From Torpedo marmorata (lineage: Eukaryota): 64,000 bases of DNA. This document shows, one piece after another, positions 37,801-49,500 of this stretch; within the stretch, counting starts at the first letter, position 1; each line of letters opens with the position of its first letter. The notes below the pieces were generated by a model. That model ran no database searches. It was not told where the DNA came from and was given only the letters and a program-made list of their open reading frames with translations. Location: NCBI GenBank assembly GCA_977017645.1, contig OZ360222.1, positions 216,566,001 through 216,630,000 of the forward strand, in the 5' to 3' direction. A program made the translations under genes and the position numbers.

Positions 37801-38880
37801 TTCTCCTAATTCATAATATCTTTGTTTCGTTCTACCAATTAATTTTTCCATTTTGCGAGTTTGTAATAAATTATAATGCAATTTCCTCCTGATTAAACGA
37901 TGTCTCTTAAAGATTGTTTTATTTCTTTGAAAATCTTTCTCCATAAATTCAATCTCCCTTTCCAATTTTTCTTCTTCTTTCAAATAATCTTTTCTAATTT
38001 TTGCCGAAAAACTTATTATCAAACCTCTTAAGTAAGCTTTTAAGGATTCCCAAATTATAAATTTATCATTAATCGAATTATTATTTATTCTTAAAAATTC
38101 CTGGATTTCCTTTCTCATATATTCACAAAAATCTTTCCTTTTCAATAAAGAAGAATCAAATCTCCAATTATATATAGTTTTTTCTTTCTCTGGAATTATA
38201 CACGTCATCAATAAAGGTGAATGATCAGAAATTATTCTTGCTTTATAAGATATTTGAGTTACTCTATCTTGAATTTGTGAAGATATCAAAAACAAATCAA
38301 TCCTAGAAAATGAATTATGTCTAAAAGAGTAAAATGAATAATCTTTTTCTCTAGGATTTAGTTTCCTCCAGATATCCACCAAATTCAAATCTTCCATTAA
38401 ACCAATAATCCTTTTAACTATTTTAGGTCTAGCAAGTGTTCTAGAAGTCCTATCCATGCTCGCATTTAAACAACAATTAAAATCTCCACCGATTAAAATA
38501 TTTTCCTTAGCCTCAGATAAATGTAAAAAAACATCTTGAATAAATTGTTCATCATCCGGATTTAAAACATATAAATTCAAAAATGTCCATATTTCTGAAT
38601 AAATTTGACAATGTATTAAAACATATCTGCCAGCTACATCAATCACTACTGATTGTATTTTAAATGGTAATTTTTTATTAACTAAAATCGCTACGCCTCT
38701 CGCTTTAGAATTAAATGATGAAGCTACTACATGTCCCACCCAATCTCTTTTTAACTTTTGGTGTTCCTTATCAATCAAATGAGTTTCTTGTAAAAAAGCT
38801 ATATCTACTTTCAATTTCTTAATATATGCCAACGTTTTTTTCCTCTTAATTGGATTATTAAGCCCATTAACATTAATACT
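34821..38880 (-). mobile_element. L1 LINE, 5'-truncated at the start of ORF2, inserted in the BEL 3' LTR
   Basis: A tail at 34821; 15-bp TSD TTAAATACCTTCTTT at 34806-34820 and 38881-38895. Confidence 0.96.
35125..38880 (-). CDS. L1 ORF2 (APE endonuclease, RT, C-terminal Cys-rich domain); open frame, first codons missing
   Basis: NVNGL, LQETH, GGDFN, SDH, RQGCPLSP, FADD, CFRC...H..W.C; at least 1235 aa without a stop. Confidence 0.93.
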   Translation of the reverse strand, partial: SINVNGLNNPIKRKKTLAYIKKLKVDIAFLQETHLIDKEHQKLKRDWVGHVVASSFNSKARGVAILVNKKLPFKIQSVVIDVAGRYVLIHCQIYSEIWTFLNLYVLNPDDEQFIQDVFLHLSEAKENILIGGDFNCCLNASMDRTSRTLARPKIVKRIIGLMEDLNLVDIWRKLNPREKDYSFYSFRHNSFSRIDLFLISSQIQDRVTQISYKARIISDHSPLLMTCIIPEKEKTIYNWRFDSSLLKRKDFCEYMRKEIQEFLRINNNSINDKFIIWESLKAYLRGLIISFSAKIRKDYLKEEEKLEREIEFMEKDFQRNKTIFKRHRLIRRKLHYNLLQTRKMEKLIGRTKQRYYELGERAHKVLAWQLKKEQVSKTINAIKKSTGEITYKPQEINESFREYYQNLYTSQIDHDDTKINRFLSKITLPRLNNFNRDILDLPIKMREVVEALSTLKSGKSPGDDGFPIEFYKEFKDLLIPIYMEVLSQIKEIHLLPKTFLNAIITVIPKKDRDVLKTESYRPISLLNVDYKIMAKILTNRLAKYLPILIHSDQAGFIKNRYSKDNIARLISLINLQKRKQDLPLVISLDAEKAFDRLEWNFLFKVLEKFGFGDTFINWIKTIYKEPTARVITNGQISSKFPLMRSTRQGCPLSPALFVLAIEPLAEMIRKDININGIKVGTEEHKISLFADDVLIYMTKSIVSLQQLAKILMEYGEISGYKINSDKSEIMALSQGDYTKCKEVTRFKWAKEGIKYLGVKVDTKLENVYKLNYIPLFNKIKKDLENWKDVPITLMGRVNCIKMNIFPRIQYLFQSIPFGIPQKFFKDLKIIIRKFLWKGKLARVSMDKLTWNYEMGGLQLPNFQYYYKAAQLKFINEFFDLTKSTAWINIELNNIGERYKEDIIYKWNSKLLLVKKKNSPIIKHLLEIWTQLDNEIGRKGSLSPNMPLYQNLFLPFSIDNQFLKIWFQKGIKKIKDCFEAGRFVTFSRLKEKFGILDNTILAYYQVKGFLVEKLGNQLIAPRQDGLELLITNGNVNKFISQMYKLLQRKMPKVGFHKSRLKWESDLNINIDEKHWKDLCKLSMTKIINVRYRLVQYNFFHQLYLTPKKLKKFNPALSDMCFRCKDEIGSFVHSTWLCPKIKDFWSKVKKFLDRIFNIIFPMDPMLFLFGDIKKFSIRNRLNMYQIEFLRIVLAVSKKCIAITWKSDLDLNLDRLHAELRSCIPLEKITYNLCNKYHFFLKIWSPYMRAMGMN

Positions 38881-40249
38881 TTAAATACCTTCTTTAAACA
38901 AAACATAAATAATTCTTGATAACGGTGTCCAATAAATTCCTTTAAACAATTCCTTTGATTGTATTTAAATGTTCAATGAAATGACTTTAAAGACTTTAAA
39001 CCATCAATGAAACGTTCATAAAAGATATGGTGATCTCACTCACCCTCCTCTAAGCCGCCATCTTTTTCTATTCTTTTTCCCTATTTGCGCATGCTCAATG
39101 CGCATACTCCACCGCACATACTCCACCGCGCACACTCCACCGCGCACACTCCACCGCGCACACTCCACCGCGCATACTGCCATAACTTCCCAACTGCGCA
39201 TGCGCCCGTCGGCAATCTAGCGCATGCGCAGAGTACTAAATAGGCCTAGCACGGCCTAACAAACACTGTGACTCCTCCGTAACCCGCCGAGACCATGGGA
39301 GCGCCGAGACCATGGGAGCGCCGCGACCAAGGTAAGTAATTAAGCTTACAGCTCTTACACCGGCCCCTAATTATTATAATTAGACGCAATGTCTTAAATA
39401 ATAATTACACAATCAATTATAAATAACAATAACCATATAACATTCAATCAATATACAAATCTTCTTTCTTCTTTCTTCATAAGACCAGAGTTTACCATAA
39501 CTCTGAATCAACAAAAGTCTGTAACCTGTGAAGTATACAACAACAAATAAAGTCAGTTTGTATTCATCAAAGTTCCTCTGTCTCCAACAGAAGGCAGACC
39601 TTGTTAATAGGTCTATTTAGAAAGCCAGTCTTAGTTTTAATTTGAACTTGACGCACAAGTCTCCTTTTGTCCTGAATAGTCTCAATAATTTTTTCAAGTA
39701 ACCAGGAGTTTCTTGGAGTTGAATTATCCATAATAATTACAAAGTCTCCTCAAAGTTCTTTTATCTCCAGAATCTTTGAGTTAAAATGTCGACAAGTAAA
39801 CTTCAAATCTTCCTCAGACAAAATAGATACAGTTTTTCTTTTGAATTTAACACGAGGCACTTCTTCAGCATGTCATTTCACTTTATTTCTTTCTTTAGTA
39901 TTCCACTTCTCATGTGAAGAATTTAAACTCTTAGAACTAGAATTTGAATATTTATCTGATCCTCTCGATTTTAATAAACGAGTATCTTTATCCACTCTGG
40001 TTTCTATTGCCTTTTCCTGCAATTCCAAATCTAATTTTGCAACTTTCAATTCAGTCTCAGTTCCTTCCGAGAAATTAATAACTTGATCTGAAGTGAAAAT
40101 ATCATGTGATACATTGATATTTCTATTGTCAACCCTGCTGTGGTAAACTTGAAATTTTTAAATTTCTTCATCTTGCTTGTTACATTTCTGCAATGCAATA
40201 TCACTTTCTTTCTGCATTGTTAATAGCTGAACATTCAATTTACATTCTT

Positions 40250-43200
40250 TTTTTTTTTTTATTAATAATTTTATTTAATTTTTTAAAATCACAAAATACA
40301 TATATCAAAAAAATAGTATATTATTGAAAATACATGTGATATATTACCACCCCCCTTCCCACCCTCCCCTCCCCAACCCCCCCACGCTATCTAATAAAGT
40401 ATAAAAATGTTAATTAAAAGAAAAGAAAAAGATTGAATAATAAAGTTAAGAAAGTTAGTGTTAGTATGAGGAGAAAAACTATTTCAAGCTAACTCTACTT
40501 GTATATTGGAGGTTACTTTGTCAGCGGTACTAACTTCTAGAGAATTAATTCATACCCATAATTCTCATGTATGGGCTCCAAATTTTCAGAAAGAAATGAT
40601 ATTTGTCTCGTAAATTATACGTAATTTTTTCCAATGGTATACACGAGCGTAACTCTGCATGTAATCTATCCAAATTTAAATCTAAATCTGATTTCCAAGT
40701 AATAGCAATACATTTTTTTGAAATTGCTAACACAATTCGTAAAAATTCTATTTGGTACATATTCAATCTATTTCTAATACTAATTTTTTTAATATCTCCA
40801 AACAGAAATATCATAGGGTCCATTGGAATCGTAATATTAAGAATTCTATCTAAAAATTCCTTGACTTTAGACCAAAAATTTTTAATTTTCAAACACAACC
40901 ATGTACAATGTACAAAAGAACCTATTTCATCTTTACATCTAAAACACATATCTGACAATGCCGAATTGAATTTCTTTAATTTTTTAGGTGTTATATATAA
41001 TTGATGAAAAAAATTATATTGTACTAATCTATATCTAACATTAATAATCTTAGTCATACTCAGTTTACATAGTTCTTTCCAGTGTTGTTCATCTATACTA
41101 GTGTTTAGATCTGATTCCCAATTTAATCTAGATTTATGTAGTCCTACTTTAAACATTTTTTTCTGAAGTAATTTATACATTTGCGATATAAATTTGTTAA
41201 CATTTCCATTAGTAATTAATAACTCTAACCCATCTTGTCTAGGGGATATTAATTGATTCCCTAATTTCTCAACTAAAAATCCTTTAACTTGATAATAAGC
41301 CAAAACTGTATTATCCATTATTCCAAATTTTTCTTTCAATCTAGAAAAAGTAACAAATCTTCCTGCCTCAAAACAATCTTTAATCTTCTTAATTCCTTTT
41401 TGATACCATAATTTTAAAAATTGATTATCAATAGAAAATGGTAATAATAAATTCTGATATAATGGCATGTTTAAAGAAATTGATCCTTTTCGTCCTATTT
41501 CATTATCTAATTGATTCCAAATTTCCAATAGATGTTTAATAATCGGTGACTTTTTCTTTTTAATCAATAATAATTTAGAATTCCATTTATAAATAATATC
41601 TTCCTTATTTCTTTCTCCTATATTACTCAATTCTATATTAATCCAAGCCGTATTTTTAGTTAAATCAAATAGTTCATTTATAAATTTTAATTGTGCTGCC
41701 TTATAATAATATTGAAAATTAGGGAGTTGTAATCCACCCATTTCGTATTCCCAAGTTAATTTATCCATACTTACTCTTGCCAATTTTCCTTTCCATAAAA
41801 ACTTTCTAATAATAATTTTTAAATCTTTAAAAAATTTTTGAGGAATACCAAAAGGTATAGATTGAAAAAGATATTGAACTTTTGGAAAAATATTCATTTT
41901 AATACAATTCACTCTTCCCATTAAAGGTATGGGTAAATCTTTCCAATTATCCAAATCCTTCTTTATTTTCTGAAATAAAGGTATGTAATTTAATTTATAT
42001 AAATTTTCTAACTTTGTATCCACTTTAACTCCCAAATATTTAATAGCTTCTTTAGCCCATTTAAATTTTGTAACTTCTTTACATTTAGTATAGTCTCCTT
42101 GAGATAAAGCCATTATCTCACTTTTATCCGAATTAATTTTATATCCAGATATTTCACCATAATCCCTCAATATTTTATCTAATTGTTGAAGTGATTTAAT
42201 AGACTTTGTCATATATATTAATACATCATCTGCAAACAAACTAATTTTATGCTCTTCTACACCTACTTTTATCCCATTTATATTAATATCTTTCCTAATC
42301 ATTTCCGCTAACGGTTCTATTGCCAATACAAATAAAGCAGGTGACAATGGACATCCTTGTCTTGTTGACCGCGTCAAAGAGAATTTAGATGATATTTGAC
42401 CATTTGTAATTACTCTGGCTGTAGGTTCCTTATATATAGTCTTAATCCAGTTTATAAACGTATTTCCAAATCCATACTTCTCTAAAACCTTAAATAAAAA
42501 CTTCCATTCTACTCTATCAAATGCTTTTTCTGCATCAAATGCTATCACTAACGGCAAATCCTGTTTCTTTTTTTGTAAATTAATCAAACTTATTAATCTT
42601 GCTATATTATCCTTTGAATATCTATTTTTGATAAATCCTGCTTGATCTGGATGTATTAAAAATGGTAAAAACTTAGCTAGTCTATTTGTCAAGATTTTTG
42701 CCATTAATTTATAATCTACATTTAACAATGATATAGGCCTATACGATTCTGTTTTTAATACATCTCTATCTTTCTTTGGTATAACTGTAATAATAGCATT
42801 TAAAAATGTTTTCGGTAATGAATGAGTTTCCTTTATTTGAGTTAATACTTCCATATATATAGGTATCAATACATCTTTAAACTTCTTATAAAACTCTGCC
42901 GGAAATCCATCATCACCGGGAGATTGACCACTATTCAATGATGATAAAGCCTCACCTACTTCTCTCATTGTAATTGGTAAATCTAACAAATCTCTATTAA
43001 GACTATTTAGTTTGGGCAATGTAATTTTGGCTAAAAAATCATCAATTTTTACAACATCTTGATTCATTTGCGAAGTATATAAATTTTGATAATACTCTTT
43101 AAATGAATTATTTATTTCTTGAGGTTTATAAGTTATTTCTCCAGAACTTTTCTTTATAGCATTTATAGTTTTAGAAACTTGTTCTTTCTTTAATTGCCAT

Positions 43201-43526
43201 GCTAAAACTTTATGTGCTCTTTCTCCCAATTCATAATATCTTTGCTTTGTTCTACCAATTAATTTTTCTATTTTTCGAGTTTGTAATATATTATAATGTA
43301 ATTTTTTCCCAATTAAACGTTGTCTCTTAGAAATTGTTTTATTTCTTTGAAAATCTTTTTCCATAACTTCAATTTCTCCCTCCAGTTTTTCTTCTTCTTT
43401 CACATAATCTTTTCTGATTTTTGCCGAGAAGCTTATTATCAATCCTCTTAAATATGCTTTTAAAGATTCCCAAATTATAAACTTATCTTCAACTGAATTA
43501 TTATTAATTCTTAAAAATTCCTGAAT
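40250..43526 (-). mobile_element. L1 LINE, same family, truncated after the endonuclease; RT ORF open (40545-43442)
   Basis: A tail; 16-bp TSD TTCAATTTACATTCTT at 40234-40249 and 43527-43542; 965-aa frame collinear with the other L1. Confidence 0.96.
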
Positions 43527-46500
43527 TTCAATTTACATTCTTGATTGTTTTCTATAGTCAACTGTTTTGTGTTATTAACCAATAATTTGTTCTCTTTCAA
43601 AATATTATTCTCTTCCTACCACCTTTTACATTTTGATAATGCTGAATCTCTTTCCTCAGTAACTGTATTCATTTCTTCAGTAGTTATTCTTTTCTTCCGC
43701 TTTCTGACTTTGCGAATTTTACTTACAATTAAATCTTTCTGTTTACTGTTTTCATGATTATCTACTATTTCCAATTCCCCTTTCAACATTTTGTTTTCTG
43801 AATTCAATTGCATTAAATTATCATTCACATTCTTTTTTATTCCATCAGCACAATTTTCTGCGTTCTCCAGTTTTACATCACATTGCAATATTTCTTCATT
43901 GATTTTGTCTGTTGTAACCTCTGAACTACAAAATATACATTCAAATTTGTTCTCAGTCACTTGTTTTATTCCTGTATCTGATTCAATTACACATGAATAA
44001 TCAATAGTATTATTTGCAACATATTCTAATACTTCACTTTCATTCATTTCTGATGAAAATAATTCCTTCAATGTTGTTTTAAATACCTTTGATTTATTTT
44101 CACATTGATCTGTTTTCTTTTCTTCAAAAGTGATTTTCTTATTCACAGTCTTTTGCTCTTCCCTTAACTCATCAACTTTCACAACCGAAATCATATTAAT
44201 ATTTATCGCTAACTGTTCCTTAGCAATATCATTATTTCTTTCCAATGGTCCATTGATTGTCCAACCAAGCTTGGTTCTAATAGCGTAAGGTCCATTCCTT
44301 CTACTCTGTATTACTTCTAATGGTTCCAATATCTTTGGCACATCTGAATCAATCAGCATTTCTATCTCCGAGTTAATTTCAGGTAAATAAACCTTCCACA
44401 GATAAGACAAATGATGGATATCATTTTGATGAGGAATATTTCCTTCATGCACAGGCATAGTCTTCTGAGTATATAAACTTGGAAGATTACAAAATTTTTT
44501 GTCATCCAATCCAGCAACCTCTAAGCCTGAAACAATTCTGGTTTCAACGACCTTTTCTTGTCCCATGGTTTTCAACATAATTCTTGACCCTTGAATATTA
44601 AGTTTGTTCATTAGTCCTTCCGTGCAAAAAGATGCAGTGCTGCCTGGGTCTAGAAATGCATATGGATGTACTGATGCATCCCCTTTCTTGGTCTTGACTT
44701 GTACAGGCACTATTGAAAGTTTGCAGTTATCTACACCGGCCCCGGTAAGACCACTTGTCTGAACCGAGGTTATAACATTGTTTTCTGATGTTTCCTTTGT
44801 TTCTGTTTGCTCCTTTTCCAATTCCTTGTTTCTTTGATGGATATGCAACATTCTAGGATGTTTCAACTTACATATGTTACAATTAAGTCACTTCTTGCAG
44901 TTTTTACTGATGTGCCCTTTACACAGACTGCTAAAACATATTCCAATTTCCTTTAAGAAAGCGATCTTCTCCTTATGTTCCTTCTTTTCCAACCGTAAAC
45001 ACATTTCCAAAGTATATCCACCTTTACAGAACAAACAACTCTTTTCATCAGGCAAACTTTCCTTTTCCTTATTTACTTTGTCCTTTTCTTTATTTATAAC
45101 TGACACATAAGAAGCAAAAGTACTCCTTTTCAATTTTGGACTGGCCTGTGAGTTAGACCTCCTTACATCTTTGCCCATTGAATTTTCTCTGGTATTTACA
45201 TATATTGGATCTGTTTCAATGTACACCTGTCGTTCAAGAAATTTTACCAAGTCTTTTAAATTAGCTCTTCCACCGTAATTTTCTTGTATATCACAAGCCA
45301 AATTTCTCCATCTATTCCATAACTTGTAAGGTAATTTTTCTAAGATGATTCGCATATTACCAGGCACTTCAAGCTCACGAATATTATCGATATCTTCCAT
45401 GGCATTACAACATCTCTTAAAAATAGAGTATATTCTTGTAGAGCCTTTACATCATTCTGTTTTATTGATGTCCATTTAAGAGCTTTATCCATATAAGCTA
45501 AAGCAATTCGATGCTTGTTGCCAAAATGTTGTTCTAGTAAAGCCTTAGCTCTGTCTAATCCTCTTTCTGAGGGCATATGTTGACAACTCTTTACACGTTC
45601 TTTTGGATGTCCCTTTGTGAACATTTCCAAATAATAAAGACATTCATCGCGATCTTGGCATTTATTTTCAATATTGTGTTTGAAAGGTCTCATAAATGAT
45701 TGATACTGAAGTGGATCACCATCAAAAGTTTGTATCTCTTTCTTGGGTGAAGAAGAGAGAGACTGTAACTGAATCAATGATGCAGCAATTTCATTTTGTC
45801 TTCCTTTTGATGACAATGCATTGCTCTGTTCACCTTCTCTTGTTGCAGGTAATGTATCTGGAAACCTCATTGGTGTAGTTTCTTCCATATTTTTGATGCT
45901 TGACTCAAATAACAAGAGAGCTATATCGTTTGACCGAACCCAAGCCGCAGTTTATCTTCATATGTTACCACTGGTACATGTGACTCAATACCAATATGCT
46001 CTTGAAGGATTTGTCCTTGTATTTGCAAGTCTTGTACCTCTGGTTCTAAAATATCTACCCCTTTGGTTGGTTTATTTTCCTGTGACTCTTTATTAAAATA
46101 TGACCTTTTATTATCAGACACTTTAGATAATTTACTTCGAGCACCAGATACCATTGAGCCTTCTATTGCTTTCTTTTTTGCCTTAGCAATAGTAATGTTT
46201 GCTTCCAGCTCCTGCTGTTCTTTTCTCTGCCTTAGCTGCTCCTTCTCTTGCCTTATCTGCTCCTTTAGCTTCTCCTCCTTTTGTCTTATCTGCTCCTTTA
46301 GCTGCTCCTCATTTTGTCTTAGCTGCTCCTCCTTTTGTCTTATCTGCTCCTATAACTGCTGCTCATTTTGTCTTATCTGCTCCTTTAGCTGTTCCTCCTT
46401 CTGTCTTAGCTGCTCCTCCTTATGTTCTAAAATATGTTTATCCTTAAGCGTTTTTTGTCGTGCAAGAAGAGCGGCCAAGTTAACATCAATCTTTGTATGT

Positions 46501-46592
46501 GACGATGCTGAACTTGAAGTACGAGAAACTGGAGCTCAAACCAGAACTTCGTTTGCTTCTCCTGCTTTCAGCATTTGAGACACTGTCACTTG

Positions 46593-49500
46593 TGTGGTAA
46601 ACCACTGTTTTAGTATTGTGTGGTATAGGTATGTACTGCAGGCTGTCCCGATGTCTACTCCCCCCCTCCCTTGGGTGTCCAGGTAATCCCTCCCCCTTCC
46701 TCACCTGAATAAAGGCCACTGTGCCACAGTCCCTCCCTCAGTCCGGGATTAGATCTGCAGGAATACTGCTGCTGTGTTTTAAGGTAATAAAAGCCTATGG
46801 TTCGTTCACACTCATAGTCTTTGAGTATCATTGATAGGCCTATCAATTTTATTACCTTATAAAAATCTGATGGAAGGCGCTCTAAGACCGGACCGTCTGG
46901 ACATCGATCATCTAGCTCCTGATGCCGGTAACTCTTTTGAACACTGGCTACGCTGTCTCGAGTCCTTCATGATAACCATCAAAGCAGAAAGTGAGGAGCA
47001 GCAACTAAGGGTCCTCGTGTCCAGCGTAAGCCCTCGGTTATTCTCAACTGTGAGAGACTGTAAAACCTATACGGAGGTGATGGATGCGCTGAAGAGGATC
47101 TACGTGACGCCTGTCAACGCGGTCTACGCGAGGTACAGACTTTTTACGCGAAAGCAGCGGGCCGGGGAGTCCATCATGGAGTATGTCCGGGACATACAGT
47201 CGCTGGTACGAGCATGCGACTGTAAAGCCCTAACTGCTGAGGAGCACGTTGAATTGCTGGAGAGAGACACATTCATCATGGGGATCAGGTCGGTATACGT
47301 GCGCCAGAGGCTGCTGGAGCACGCCGACCTCCGTGCTGCGGTCTCAATGGTCCACACGCTGGAGTCCGGGCTGCGGAACTCCGACGCCATGCAGGCACGC
47401 GACCCCCAGCCCGCAGTGTGGTCAGCCCCATCCCCCAGCCCTGCCAGCGATCTGACTGCCGCCGCCGTTTGCCGCGACCCGATCGCTACCGCCGCTATCC
47501 TCACCGCCGCAGCCGTTAACCGCGAGCCCAAGAAGTGTTACTTCTGCGGGCTCGATAAGCACCAAAGGAAATGCTGCCCGGCCCGCGACGCGACTTGCTG
47601 CGGCAAGAAAGGCCATTATGCGAAGGCCTGCCGCTCTAAGTCGCACACGGGTCCGAGCAGCGCCGCGTGCGAGCTGCGGGAGCGGCCATCTTTGATGCTG
47701 GCACTTCCGGCGTCGACCTCGTGCGAAGAGTGGAGGCGGCCATCTTTGATGCTGGCACTTCCGGCGCCACCATCTTATAGGCCTACGTCGGTACTTCCGG
47801 CGCTACCACCGCCGCCATCTTGCAGCGCGAGCAGCAGCGACATGTGCGATCCACGGGAGCGGCTATCTTTAGTAACGGCGGATCAAGATGACTACATCCC
47901 AACCTTAGCATCAGTCACCCTCGACCAGACTGTTCCCCACCAGCTGTCGCGATCCATGATGGACATCCTGGTGGAGGGGCATAAAACCACCTGTCTCTTC
48001 GATACGGGCAGTACGGAGAGCTTCATCCACCCGGACACTGTCCAGCTCTGTGGCCTCACTACTATACCGGTAAGCCAGAGGGTGGCCATGGCGTCTGGGT
48101 CACACACAACAGACATCCGGGGGGCTTGTGTGGCAAATATCGTGGTACAGGGGACTGAGTATCGTCAATTCTCTCTGTTCATTATGAATCGTCTGTGTGC
48201 ACCGGTGTTATTGGGTCTTGATTTTCAGAGCCACTTACGGAGTGTCACGATGCGGTATGACGGTCCACACCCCGCGATCACTGTAGCGAACCACCAGTTC
48301 CTGAACGACACGTCCCAGACTACCTGTGGCCTCTCCACTCTTAAGATCTCGCCCCCGTCGCTATTCGCCAACCTGACCCCTGACTGTAAGCCTGTGGCAA
48401 CCAAGAGCAGGCGATACAGCGCAGGGGACAGGGCGTTTATCAAGACGGAGGTGCAGAGACTATTACAGGAGGGGATTATTGAGAGGAGTAATAGTCCCTG
48501 GAGAGCCCAGGTAGTCGTAGTAAAAGGGGCCAAGAGTAGGATGGTGGTGGACTACAGCCAAACCATCAACCAATTCACGCAGTTGGATGCATATCCGCTA
48601 CCACGAATAGCGGATATAGTAAATCAGATTGCCCAATATAGGGTCTTTTCAACCATAGACCTAAAATCGGCATATCACCAGCTCCCTATCTGAAGGGAGG
48701 ACCGTCCATACACTGCGTTTGAGGCGGATGGCAGGCTGTTCCATTTCCTGCGTGTCCCTTTCGGGGTCACTAATGGTGTATCGGTATTTCAGCGGGAGAT
48801 GGATAGGATTGTGGACCATTATAAACTCAAGGCCACTTTCCCATACCTGGATGACATTACTATCTGTGGTCTTGATCGTCAGGACCACGAAAACAACCTC
48901 CGGAGGTTCCTGCAGGCGGCCAAAGCACTAAACCTAACGTATAATAAAGAGAAATGCGTGTTCGGTACCACACGCCTCGCTATTTTGGGGTATGTGGTAG
49001 AGAACGGGGTTATTGGACCTGACCCCGACCGCATTAGGCCCCTGCTGGAACTTCCACTTCCATCCACACCCAAAGCACTTAAACGATGCCTCGGGTTCTT
49101 CTCATACTATGCACAGTGGGTTCCAAATTATGCTGATAAGGCCCGACTCCTGGTGAAATCCACCGCATTTCCCCTTGCTTCGGAGGCGCGTAAGGCGTTC
49201 GACCTTATAAAAGGGGACATTGCGCGAGCAACAATGCACGTGGTGGATGAAGAGACACCTTTTCAGGTAGAGAGCGACGCATCGGACTTCGCGCTGGCTG
49301 CTACCCTCAACCAGGCGGGAAGGCCGGTGGCGTTTTTCTCATGGACCCTCCAAGGCCCCAAAATTCGGCACTCCGCGGTGGAGAAGGAAGCCCAGGCCAT
49401 AGTGGAAGCCATCAGGCACTGGAGGCACTATCTCGCCGGCAAGCATTTTACCCTGCTGACCGACCAACGCTCTGTGGCATTTATGTTCAACAATCAGCAG

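Noticed and set aside
35125-43442. Tandem or segmental duplication of one L1
   Set aside because: The copies have different TSDs, truncation points and 3'UTRs, so they are independent insertions.
46063-46578. Cys/Ser/Phe-rich 171-aa ORF on the + strand
   Set aside because: It is the antisense reading of the BEL Gag EQLRQK repeat.
48691-48693. Programmed stop read-through in the young Gypsy
   Set aside because: The TGA falls inside the RT domain rather than at a gag-pol boundary and fits a CGA>TGA mutation.
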